The notes under the pieces: model-generated
The model's input: only the letters and a program-made list of their open reading frames with translations
What the model was told of the DNA's origin: nothing
Databases searched by the model: none
From: Macrostomum lignano
Lineage: Eukaryota
NCBI GenBank assembly: GCA_002269645.1
Contig: NIVC01002846.1
Span: 6,491 to 70,490 of the forward strand
Length of the DNA stretch: 64,000 nt
Direction: 5' to 3'
Position numbers and translations under genes: made by a program
Part shown: in pieces, positions 47,809 to 58,984 of the stretch
Layout: each line of letters starts with the position of its first letter
How positions within the stretch are numbered: position 1 is the stretch's first letter

Positions 47809-50720
47809 TCACATAGCAGTAGCATCTTCCATAGCGTCGTTTTGAGCTCCTTTGAGCTGATGGTGGCGAGTCATGTTATGGAAACGGTCGTAGTTGATGA
47901 GCACCTCGGGCAGCATCTCTGTGGCTCCGATCTCCGGCACAACATTGTCTAAAACGATGGCAATAGGATCAGTTGTTTGCTAAACCCTGATTTGTACCGT
48001 CAGTTACAGTTAGTTTAGTTATGCCTAGTTATGCCGTTTCAATGCGTTAGATCAGCATTGAAAATTTTCAAATGTCACCAATGCGAGCTACGGATTAAAA
48101 GAAAAATATAGCATTTTGCAGCCCATTTGGGCTTACGCGCATTTAATTTAATCCAAGATACGTTTGCCAATGTAACAGAGCTTTTGTCTATGGTAGCAAG
48201 GCTGGCGCAGCGGCATTTAATTTGGTCCAAACACTCGTGAGCCATTGGACAAACTCTTGCCTTCTCTCAACCGTCTTCAGGTTGTTGCGCACCGCTGGAA
48301 TGTCAGCGTCTCTACCAGCAATTTTCAGTTACTTTTCCAGAGCTCTGCTGATAGTCGAAATCTGATAACCAACTGGAGCTGTTCCCTCAACTTCTGCTGC
48401 ATTTTCTGAAACGTCAACAAAGGGTTCGTCTCCACTGCATCGAGTAGCAGTTGGACCTGAGGCTCTCGAGCAAATTTCCTTGGCGATTGCCACCCTTTCG
48501 CAGGCAATCTCTGCCGGCAGAGTTTCAAGGCGCTGCTGGATGCTGTAAACCACCTTTTCTTTTACATTCAGCAACCTTGCAATGTCCTTTGGGTGTTTAC
48601 CTCCGTCGAGTGCTTCGATCACAAGCCAATGACATTCGTTCAACAGCCTAGCATATGGTCCACAATTCTGGGACTGAGCTGCAAATGGACTAAATAGACC
48701 AAATTGACGCTTGTTGGACCAAATTAAATGCCGCTGCGCCAGCCTTGCTACCATAGACAAAAGCTCTGTTACTTTGACAAACATATCTTGGGTTAAATTC
48801 AATGCGCGTAAGCCCAAATGGGCTGCAAAAAGCTATATTAAAAACTACGAGCTATGTTTAAAGCCGATTTACATTAGATGCAGGTATGGCACCTGGAGCC
48901 GAAAGCTCACTCACCTTCTTTCCAACCATGGCCGTACGAGGTCAAAGGATAGGCCATTTCTCCATGCTTTGGAAAGTCAAGACCTGTAGAGGTTAATAAA
49001 ATTGAAAATAATAGGAACTGTCTGCCAAAACACCAGCAAAACAAGCAAACTTAGTCATTCACTTCCCACAAAGCTGGCAATCGAAAAACTCCAAAATCGT
49101 CTTTATAACCAAATTGGAATACAGATCAAACATATTCAACGAACTCCGTCCTCTGATTTATTATTGGTCGGCATCAGACTGATTAAAACCAAAAAGTTTC
49201 ATAACCAATCTTAAGCTTCTCACCTTTGATCTCGTACTCCCTGCTGACTCGGAACACCTTGAGCAGGCGAAGGATGCCGAACACGATGATGGAGACGCCG
49301 CCGCTCCACGCCGTGATGGCCAGAACGCCGACGAGCTGCACGGCCAGGAAGAGTCCGCTCTGCTGGTCGAAGGTCATCACGATGCCCTGGCTGCGGTGCA
49401 GGAAGGCTACCGCGATGACGCCCCAGAGACCTCCGCCGTAGTGCACGGCCACCGCGTCAAGCGGGTCGTCGATCTTGAGCGCCAGCAGCAGCATGGACCA
49501 GCAGGTGTAGGAGATGGCGGCGAAGAAGCCGATGATGCAGGCGCCCCACGGATAGACGACGTCGCAGCCGGCGCAGATGGCCACCATGCCGGCCAGGCTG
49601 CCGTTGATTGTCTGCAGCAGCGACCAGTGCGGTCCGCGGATGCGCCCGAGCAGCAGGGTGACAAAGGCAGCGACGCTGCCGCTGAGGATCGTGTTGACCA
49701 TCGCGATGGCCACGACAGAGCCGTCTCCTGAATTCGAGATCGATAGCTGGCTGCCACCGTTGAAGGCGAAGAAGCCGAAGAATAGGATGAAGCCGCCGAG
49801 AGAGGCGAGCGGCACCGAGTGGCCGCGGATGTCGAGCGGCTTCTTGGTTTCGTCGTCGAAGCGTCCGATTCGCGGGCCGAGGATGGCCGCCGCCACGAAA
49901 GCTGCGCAGCCTCCGGTGACGTGGACGACTCCGGAGCCGGCGAAATCCTGTGAGCATTCGGAGATGATGAAGTGATTCTATCAGATATTTGTTTCTCTGA
50001 TTTTCAGTCAGGATCTAATATCAGAAATTTGATTTTGTCCCAAACTGTAGGCCAACGGCAGAATTAAGCCAGATCACTCACGTGAAAAGTGGAGGCCAGA
50101 GCGCCGTTGTGGGCGGTGATACTGACCGACAGCCAGCCAACGCCTGTGTCCCAGACCCAGTGCGACACAATGGGGTAGAGAAAGCCTGCAGTTTGATGCG
50201 TCAAGTGAATGTTAGTTTCCTTAATTAACTTAGTCGTGGGCTACTCACTCGTTTGTGAAAAGTCTCTCTGTTACTCACCTGTGATAACAAAGGAGTAGGC
50301 TATGTAGGCCTTAAAGTCACACCTCTCTGCTACGGCCCCAGAAACAATTGTTGAAGCAGTGGCGGCAAAGACGAACTGGAAGAACCAGTGGGAGAACTTC
50401 GATTCGGGCAGGTAGGACATGGCAAAGTAGCCGCTGCCGCAGAACGGGTTTCCGTTCGGAGCTCCGAACGCCAGGCCGTAGCCGATTACGTAATAGGCGA
50501 TGCCGCCGATGAACGAGTCCAGGATGTTCTTGATCAGGATGTTTGTAGTATTTTTCGAACGTACGGCGCCCGCCTCCAGAAAGGCGAAGCCGCACTGCAT
50601 GAAGTACACGACAATGGCCATGGTGCACAAGAAGAAGGAGTCCAGGGATTCGTTGGTTCCCCGGATCTGCGTCTTCAGCTCCTGTAGAGTTCCGTTGAGT
50701 AATTCGGCAGACGAAGCCAT
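47809..50720 (-). CDS. amt: Ammonium transporter (Amt) copy B, 5 exons, intact
   Basis: Exons 50720-50279, 50185-50082, 49947-49224, ~48984-48915 and ~47948-47809. It has the same intron positions and phases as copy A and an uninterrupted frame. Confidence 0.93.
48105..48840 (-). mobile_element. Internally deleted Tc1/IS630-like transposon with ~125-bp TIRs in Amt-B intron 4
   Basis: 48105-48230 is nearly the reverse complement of 48714-48840, with TA at the outer ends. Internal minus-strand frameshifted fragments ALDGGKHPKDIARLLNVKEKVVYSI, SPRK...AVETNPLLT and PAVRNNLKTVERRQEFVQW resemble the Tc1 HTH region. Confidence 0.75.
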
Positions 50721-52329
50721 GGTGCGTCTTGCTGGTAAACAGCAAAATGAGAGTCTCGATCAGCCCAGTTCAGGTTGTTGCTAAGCAAATCTGCTCAATT
50801 TTTCATCTCCATGCAGTGCAGGTCTCTTTAAACGCTGCCTGAATTAGACAGAAACGGTGTGCTGCAGCCTTTGGTCAAGGTGCAGCCGCGGATCATTAAG
50901 AGGTGGTTGAAGGAGCAGCGTGCATGAAGTAGTTGACTGGTAGAAGAAGCACGTTGGGGGTTTAAACGTCATGCAACCCCTAACCGACGAGGCCACATGC
51001 AACTAAATAGAAGAGCTGAACTGCAACTGCCCTTCCCCCAGATATGTTTGAATGTGAAGGAACAACGTGAGCTCCTAATTTGTTGGTAAGATCCTACAAG
51101 AGCTCCACATGTGTGCTCAGCAACATTGAAAAGTCGCCATCACAAAAGATTCCGTCTGTGGTCGCCACTTTTGAGAGCGCAGGTAAAATCTCTATCGAAA
51201 TGGTTGGCCCGGTGATGATAGACGCTGGTCGAAAGACGCTGCTCGCTGGGGCAGAGGGTCTTTTTTGCCCACTCAAGGTTGGCATAAGTTTACAAGTACT
51301 CGCTTACATCAGACTTAATCAGTTCACTTCGAAAGAGCTGCAGAACTGAGTGAAACTGGAACGCAGTCCATACAAGTTGTGCTGGAGCATTGGAGTTGCT
51401 AAGATTTTTGGGCCTGCACACGAGCGACAGGCAGGCAGTACCAGCCGTATTCTGTAAGAGCATGCGTTACGCAACAGCTACTGTTGCACGTATATCAATT
51501 TACACTCCATCCAGGGACCTGTCACTCCCTTGGCTGACTGGAAGGTCAGAAGAAGGTCATTTGGAGTTGCGTCTCGCTCATGCTGTTTACCAGTGCCGCC
51601 AGTCCCTAGAGAGAGAAATTCTCACGAAGGAATGTGTCCATAATTAAAGGCCAAATGTAATTAGAGCATTCCATAGCATAAATATGAATGCAATTAAATG
51701 CGATAAATGCTGGATTTCCCTTGTCAATTCAGCCTTATGTTGGAACTTTTATAGTTGCTCTCCGTGATAAATTTGAGCAGGAACTCTCGAATAATGACTC
51801 AAGAAGATGGAGAGGAGCTGGGTGTCCCATTTGTCCCACTTCAAAGCAGGCAATGGCGAGGCCAAGTGAAAAAATACGAAATGGCAAAAATGTACTAAAA
51901 AAGGTCAGCACCCGTACGTACAAACGCGCATTACATACGGAAGAGTGTTGCATTGCAGTCTATATAATAAACGGCAGTTTGACGAAAACACAGCGCGGCA
52001 GCCTTGAGCTCAGGCACGTGACACGCAGCAAGCAGCTCAGCTCCCAACTATTCTCATAGCTATGCTGCCACATGCATATATGCTTGCTCTCTCTCTGCCA
52101 ACAATAGCAGAAATAAAATAAGAAAGCAGCCGGTCCCGCCGTTCTTGATCGATGGCAGAGTGAGTTTCCATTGCCGGGGTTTCCCACAGCAGCTCTCAAA
52201 GCAGGCAGAGAGGATAAATGAATTGACACAATGGCCGAATGCAGTTCTCTCGGCAGGAAATGGTCATAGCTACGAGTACCTGAGATAACAGTCAACTTGA
52301 GTCTCCCAGCGCCCTCTGCTTGCCACATA

Positions 52330-54070
52330 GGCGTAGGAACGTTTCAAAAAGTGGGGGATATAGGGGGGAGGGGGCGTACAGGGTGCACGCATTTATATGG
52401 AAAATGCACATTATCATGTACCGATTATTTTCAGAATCGGTGTTGTCAGCACTCATTTTAGCGCCGCAGGCCCCATTTTAGCGCCGCAGGCCCCATTTTA
52501 GCGCCGCAGGCACCCATTTTAGCGCTCACAGGCCCCATTTTTAGCGCCGCAGGCATCCATTTTAGCGCCGCAGGCACCCATTTTAGCGCCGCAGGCACCC
52601 ATTTTAGCGCCGCAGGCCCCATTTTAGCGCCGCAGGCACTCATTTTAGCGCTCACAGGCCCCATTTTTAGCGCCGCAGGCATCCATTTTAGCGCCGCAGG
52701 CACCCATTTTAGCGCCGCAGGCCCCATTTTAGCGCCGCAGGCACTCATTTTAGCGCTCACAGGCCCCATTTTTAGCGCCGCAGGCATCCATTTTAGCGCC
52801 GCAGGCACCCATTTTAGCGCTCACAGGCCCCATTTTTAGCGCCGCAGGCACTCATTTTAGCGCTCACAGGCCCCATTTTTAGCGCCGCAGGCACTTATAT
52901 TAGCGCCGCAGGCACTCATTTTAGCGCTCACAGGCCCCATTTTTAGCGCCGCAGGCACCCATTTTAGCGTCGCAGGCACCCATTTTAGCGCCGCAGGCAC
53001 TCATTTTAGCGCCGCAGGCACCCATTTTAGCGTCGCAGGCACCCATTTTTAGCGCCGCAGGCACTCATTTTAGCGCCGCAGGCACCCATTTTAGCGTCGC
53101 AGGCACCCATTTTAGCGCCGCAGGCACTCATTTTAGCGCCGCAGGCACTCATTTTAGCGCCACAGGCACCCATTTTAGCGCCGCAGGCACTCATTTTAGC
53201 GCTCACAGGCCCCATTTTTAGCGCCGCAAGCACTCATTTTAGCGCTCACAGGCCCCATTTTTAGCGCCGCAGGCACCCATTTTAGCGGCGCAGGCACTCA
53301 TTTTAGCGCTCACAGGCCCCATTTTAGCGCCGCAGCCACCCATTTTAGCGCCGCAGGCACCCATTTTAGCGCCGCAGGCACCCATTTTAGCGCCGCAGGC
53401 ACTCATTTTAGCGCTCACAGGCCCCATTTTAGCGCCGCAGCCACCCATTTTAGCGCCGCAGGCACCCATTTTAGCGCCGCAGGCACCCATTTTAGCGCCG
53501 CAGGCACTCATTTTAGCGCCGCAGGCACCCATTTTAGCGCCGCAGGCACTCATTTTAGCGCCGCAGGCACCCATTTTAGCGCCGCAGGCACTCATTTTAG
53601 CGCCGCAGGCACCCATTTTAGCGGCGCAGGCACTCATTTTAGCGCTCACAGGCCCCATTTTAGCGCCGCAGGCACCCATTTTAGCGCCGCAGGCACCCAT
53701 TTTAGCGCCGCAGCCACCCATTTTAGCGCCGCAGCCACCCATTTTAGCGTCGCAGGCACCCATTTTAGCGCCGCAGGCACCCATTTTAGCGCCGCAGGCA
53801 CCCATTTTAGCGCCGCAGGCACCCATTTTAGCGCCGCAGGCACCCATTTTAGCGCCGCAGCCACCCATTTTAGCGTCGCAGGCACCCATTTTAGCGCCGC
53901 AGGCACCCATTTTAGCGCCACAGACGCTATGTTTTGTCACCCTGCAGCAAAATGCATTGACGCAGAGCAGCAAAAATAAAAAATAAGAGTAAAAAATAAG
54001 GAAAAAGTCTACATTTTGTGTTTAAAAAGTGGGGGGCGGGGGCCATGGCCCCACTGCCCCCCCCGTTCAA
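52330..54070. mobile_element. Probable MITE-like element enclosing a 21-bp minisatellite (CATTTTAGCGCCGCAGGCACC)n at 52450-53925
   Basis: The left end reads ggcgtaggaacgtttcaaaaagtggggg. The right end reads aaaaagtgggggg...ccatggccccactgccccccccgttcaagcc, a partial inverted match to GGCGTAGGAACG. The array itself is unambiguous; the element boundaries are inferred. Confidence 0.55.
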
Positions 54071-54600
54071 GCCAAACATTTAACCTCTTGGTGGAAACCA
54101 TCTTCAGGCTGTCAATCTTGCTTGATGAAGCTTGAAACTGCATGGCCCCATGGTGAGGAATAAATTCGGCAACAGAAATGAGAAAGTGGCTGTCCAGACT
54201 AGCAGCGGGTTAAATGTTATGCAGCATTCGATAAGCGCCAGTGCCAATCAGAAGAACTGGCCGCCGAAAATAAACACAAAAATTTATTTCAAATCTGCAC
54301 AGGAAATCATTAAAATTAACAATTAAAGCAAAGGCGTTGCTGCTCTACTACAAGTAGCAGTACGAGTAAATTAGTGCCAAATTATCAAATGAATTTTTAG
54401 CATCGAATTGAAATGGCAAATACTGGCTTCACCTATATAGCTAGCACACTGTAGACTCAGTAGAGAATAATTTATGTCAATTACTGAGTCAATTACTGAT
54501 TTAGACTCTAGATGGTTTTAACTGGATAGTCTCGGGGGTCTAACGATTCCAATTAGATGAACTGGTGTCTCAATTCACATCAATTCACAAATAGGTTCAT

Positions 54601-54906
54601 TAAGGTCTCAATTAGGTCTATGATGACAAAGGTCTCAGGTCAATCAAGGTCACCATTAGGTCAAATGACAAGGTCACAGGTCAATCAAGGTCACCATTAG
54701 GTCAATGATGACAAAGGTCTCAGGTCAATCAAGGTCACCATTAGGTCAATGATGACAAAGGTCTCAGGTCAATCAATTACCATTAGGTCAATGATGACAA
54801 AGGTCTCAGGTCAATCAAGGTCACCATTAGGTCAATGATGACAAAGGTCTCAGGTCAATCAATTACCATTAGGTCAATGATGACAAGGTCACAGGTCAAT
54901 CAAGGT
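54601..54906. repeat. 44-bp minisatellite made of AGGTCA motifs, immediately downstream of the PHYH stop
   Basis: Unit CAGGTCAATCAAGGTCACCATTAGGTCAATGATGACAAAGGTCT, about 6 copies. Confidence 0.9.
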
Positions 54907-54929
54907 CGCGCCGCTGAAGTCATCGAAGG

Positions 54930-57756
54930 TCACAGCTTGGCCTCCCGGCCGCGCACGTGGCGAGCCCGCAGCCGCCAGACGTCCTCGTAGGACAGCTTGG
55001 CGTCGGGGCCAAGACGCTGGCGGACGATTTCGTCAACCTCATCGGCGATCTTCTGCTGATGGGTGCCAGTGACGTCGATGTATTCCACGTGCGCGGAGGC
55101 GTAGTGGCAGGAGATGGCCTTACGGTAGCCCTCAGTCCGGTTCGCGCCGCTGCCGTGGATCAGCAGGGGGTGGAACAGCACCGTGTCGCCGGCGGACATC
55201 TCCAGGTAGGTCAGGGGCAGGGAGCCCGGGTCCAGGTCCACGATGCCGTGGAAGGCTTTGTTCACCTTGCCCTGTGGATTAGGGATTATCGATGAGAACT
55301 AGCCTGATTAGAGTTTGGATTTGGGGAGGTGAATTAAGATTTGGATTAGTGGTGTCTGTAAATTTTGATTTGGATTAGCCGTGTTTATAAGACCGGGATT
55401 TGGATTAGCCGTGTTTATAAGACTGGGATTTGGATTAGCGGTGTTTTTTAAGAATGGGATTTGGATTAGGAGAACGAGTGTTTAAATGAGAACTTGGAGC
55501 ATGAAAATTTAGATTGGAGAAGAACAAAATAATCCCAGAAAAGCTTTTCAGAATCCCCAAACCTCACCCCCCAATTTGGATAATCGTGCGGCAGCAGCCG
55601 GCCGTCCAGGTGCGAACCGGGCACGGCCACCAGGCAGCCGTTGGCCCGCGTGACCGGCTCCAAGGCGGTCCAGGCGCAAACCACCCTGTCCGCCGGGCGG
55701 AACGGGAAATAGTACAGGTCCTGGTGCAGCGGGTGCCTGCTGCTCAGGGTGCCGCGGTCGGGCGGCTTGCTGATCAGCATTGTGTGCATCGCCGCGACGT
55801 CCGGCCCGATGATGTCCACGACGTAGTCCAGCACCTGGCGGGAGCGGATATGGATTCTTCAGGAGGCGGATATGGATTCTTCAGGGTGCGGAAACGGATT
55901 CTTCAGGGAGCAGATATGGATTCTTCAGGGAACAGATATGGATTCTTCAGGGAGCAGATATGGGTTCTTCAGGGAGCAGATATGGATTCTTCAGGGGGCA
56001 GATATAAATTCTTCAGGGAGCAGATATGAATTATTCAGGGAGCAGATATGAATTATTCAGGGAGCAGATATGAATTCTTCAGGGAGCAGATATGAATTCT
56101 TCAGGGAGCAGATATGAATTCTTCAGGGAGCAGATATGAATTCTTCAGGGGGGATATGGATTCTTCAGGGAGAGGATTTGAGTTCCCCAGGGGACAGCTA
56201 ACAATCGCACCTGCGGCAGCTGGCAGTAGGCAAAAAGCCGATCGTCATTCTGGAAGTCCTGCAGCTTGTACACCGCCCGCTCACCGCCGCCGCTGTCGTC
56301 CAAGGCGCTGACGTCGCGCATCACCGTCAGGCCTGGCGGGCGCTGGGCGCCGGCGCAGATTTCCTGGAAACGGGCGCTGCCGACCGGCGGAAAAAATAAA
56401 TTGTGAAGATTTCATAAAAGCAGCTCAGATAAGAAATAACATGTAGCGTTACAGTCCATAGTATCTGGGGCACCAAGATGAGTATCGGGGGTGCCAAGAT
56501 GAGTATCAGGGGCAACAAGATGAGCATTGGGGTGTCAAGATGAGTATCGGGGGGGGGGGCAAGATGAGTATCGGGGGGGCAAGATGAGTATCAGGGGCAA
56601 CAAAATGAGCATTGGGGAGAGGCGCCAAGATGAGCATCGGGGGTGCCAAGATGAGTATCGGGGGAGAGGGGGGGGCAAGATGAGCATCAGGAGGGGGTGA
56701 CAAGATGAGTGTGTCGGGGGGGGCAAGATGAGCATCAGGAGGCGCCAAGATGAGTATCAGGAGGGGGGGGGCAAGATGAGCATCGGGAGGCGCCAAGATG
56801 AGTATCAGGAGGGGGGGGCAAGATGAGCATCAGGAGGCGCCAAGATGAGTATCAGGAGGGGGGGCAAGATAAGCATCGGGAGGCGCCAAGATGAGTATCA
56901 GGAGGGGGGGGCAAGATGAGCATCGGGAGGCGCCAAGATGAGTATCAGGAGGGGGGGCAAGATGAGCATCAGGAGGCGCCAAGATGAGTATCAGGAGGGG
57001 GGGCAAGATAAGCATCGGGAGGCGCCAAGATGAGTATCAGGAGGGGGGCAAGATGAGCATCGGGAGGCGCCAAGATGAGTATCGGGGGGGGGCAAGATGA
57101 GCATCGGGAGGCGCCAAGATGAGTATCAGGAGGGGGGGGCAAGATGAGCATCGGGAGGCGCCAAGATGAGTATCAGGAGGGGGGGGGGCAAGATGAGCAT
57201 CGGGAGGCGCCAAGATGAGTATCAGGAGGGGGGGGGCAAGATGAGCATCAGGAGGCGCCAAGATGAGTATCAGGAGGGGGGGGGCAAGATGAGCATCGGG
57301 GGTGCCGAGATGAGTATCTGGGGGGGGCCCAAGATGAGCATCGGGGGGAGGCGCCAAGGTGAGCATAAGGGACACCAAACATGTAGTGAAGGTAGCCAAG
57401 ATAGTTGCTAGATAAAGAAAAGATTTAACGCAGACGCCAAAATACAAGCTGGTTGTCTGAGCCTTTAAAAAGCTTGCATATTTTTAAAAGTGCAGACAAA
57501 ACCCAGGGGTTATTAAAATCGGCAGTTAGATCTGCAGCAAGGGCAGATTGATAAGGAGGATATCAGCTGACTTGGAAGCCAAGGCAAAGAAGGCAAAGTC
57601 AGGTTGCACGCACATGTAATCTCGCACGCAGTGCTCGGGCACCAGGCCTTTCACCACAATAAAGCCGTTCTTTTCGTAGAACAGCCGGTCAGATGGGCTG
57701 AGCTGCCCGCCGCCGACAGAGTATCTGAGTGGCGTCTCTGCCATGCCTGCTGGCAT
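54930..57756 (-). CDS. PHYH: Phytanoyl-CoA dioxygenase (peroxisomal 2OG-Fe(II) oxygenase), 4 exons
   Basis: Exons 57756-57614, 56376-56211, 55834-55568 and 55271-54930, phases consistent. Motifs [51 protein letters not shown] and [15 protein letters not shown]. The protein ends in AKL. Confidence 0.93.
55315..55470. repeat. ~30-bp repeat (GATTTGGATTAGCCGTGTTTATAAGACCGG) x3-4 in PHYH intron 3
   Basis: Direct reading. Confidence 0.75.
55840..56175. repeat. 22-bp minisatellite (GGAGCAGATATGGATTCTTCAG)n filling PHYH intron 2
   Basis: Direct reading; the array abuts the splice acceptor. Confidence 0.92.
56465..57365. repeat. Dimeric G-run minisatellite (CAAGATGAGTATCAGGAGn / CAAGATGAGCATCGGGAGGCGC) in PHYH intron 1
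   Basis: Direct reading; G-runs of 5-10 nt. Confidence 0.92.
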
Positions 57757-57824
57757 GCATTCAATGCGATGGAGCCGCTCTCTGATTTATAAACTTAACA
57801 CATCTCAGGGAAAGGTTGCTGGGA

Positions 57825-58675
57825 GATGGAGACAGGGAGTCTGAGAGGAGGGAGAGGGGGAAGGGGATTTGGGCAAAAGGGCGAAGGGAGAAAGGAGAGC
57901 CAGGGAGAGAATGATGGACAGAGAGGAGTAGGGGAGAGAGAGAGAGGGGAACGAGAGGAGATGGACAAACGCTGAGAGGAAGATGGGGAGAGGGAGTTGG
58001 GAGAGGGAGAGGGGAGAGGGAGATGGGGAGAGGGAGATGAGGGAGAGGGAGATGAGGGAGAGGGAGATGAGGGAGAGGGAGAGGGGGAGAGGGAGATGGG
58101 GAGAGGGAGATGGGGGAGAGGGAGATGGGGAGAGCGATTAGGGAGATAGGGATAATAGAGGGAGATGAGGGACAGGGAGATGGGGAGAGGGAGATGAGGC
58201 AGAGGGACATGGGGAGAGGGAGATGAGGGAGAGGGAGATGGGGAGAGCGATTAGGGAGATAGGGATAATAGAGGGAGATGAGGGACAGGGAGATGGGGAG
58301 AGAGAGATGAGGCAGAGGGACATGGGGAGAGGGAGATGAGGGAGAGGGAGATGGGAGAGGGAGAGGGGGAGAGGGAGATGGGGAGAGGGAGATGGGGGAG
58401 AGGGAGATGGGGAGAGGGAGATGGGAGAGGGAGAGGGGGAGAGGGAGATGGGGAGAGCGATTAGGGAGATAGGGATAATAGAGGGAGATGAGGGAGAGGG
58501 AGATGGGGAGAGGGAGATGGGAGAGGGAGGGGGGAGGGAGATGGGGAGAGGGAGATGGGAGAGGGAGATGGGAGAGGGAGATGGGGAGAGCGATTAGGGA
58601 GATAGGGATAATAGAGGGAGATGAGGGACAGGGAGATAGGGAGAAGGGAGAGGGACATAGGAGAGGGAAAGTCTG
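57825..58675. repeat. Polypurine (GA-rich) tract built of GGGAGAGGGAGAT units
   Basis: The + strand is almost entirely G/A, with a recurring cgattagggagatagggataatag subunit. Confidence 0.92.
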
Positions 58676-58984
58676 ATAGGAAAGATAAGGAGAGGAAGTG
58701 CAGGATGAAAAGTATATTTCAGCCCAATTTTACTCAATAAAATATAAATGCTGCCAGACAAGGTGAAAAATGCACAGAGGCTCGCAAATAATTTCCAGAG
58801 CCTGGGCTTGGCTGCACTTTTTTATTTATTAATAAAATTTTGCTAAAATTGCACCAGCAGAGCAAACTTTGCCAGAAATGTCATAACAGGCTTAAACAAT
58901 ATCATAATTGCAATTTATTTTCATACCGGAAAAGGACTCTACGAAAAGTGAGATTTTAGGCTTAGGTTGGAGGACTTTACAATT

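Noticed and set aside
51390-52328. ORFs 51390-51647, 51688-52059 and 51960-52328
   Set aside because: No recognisable motif, no exon-like codon bias and no consistent splice sites.
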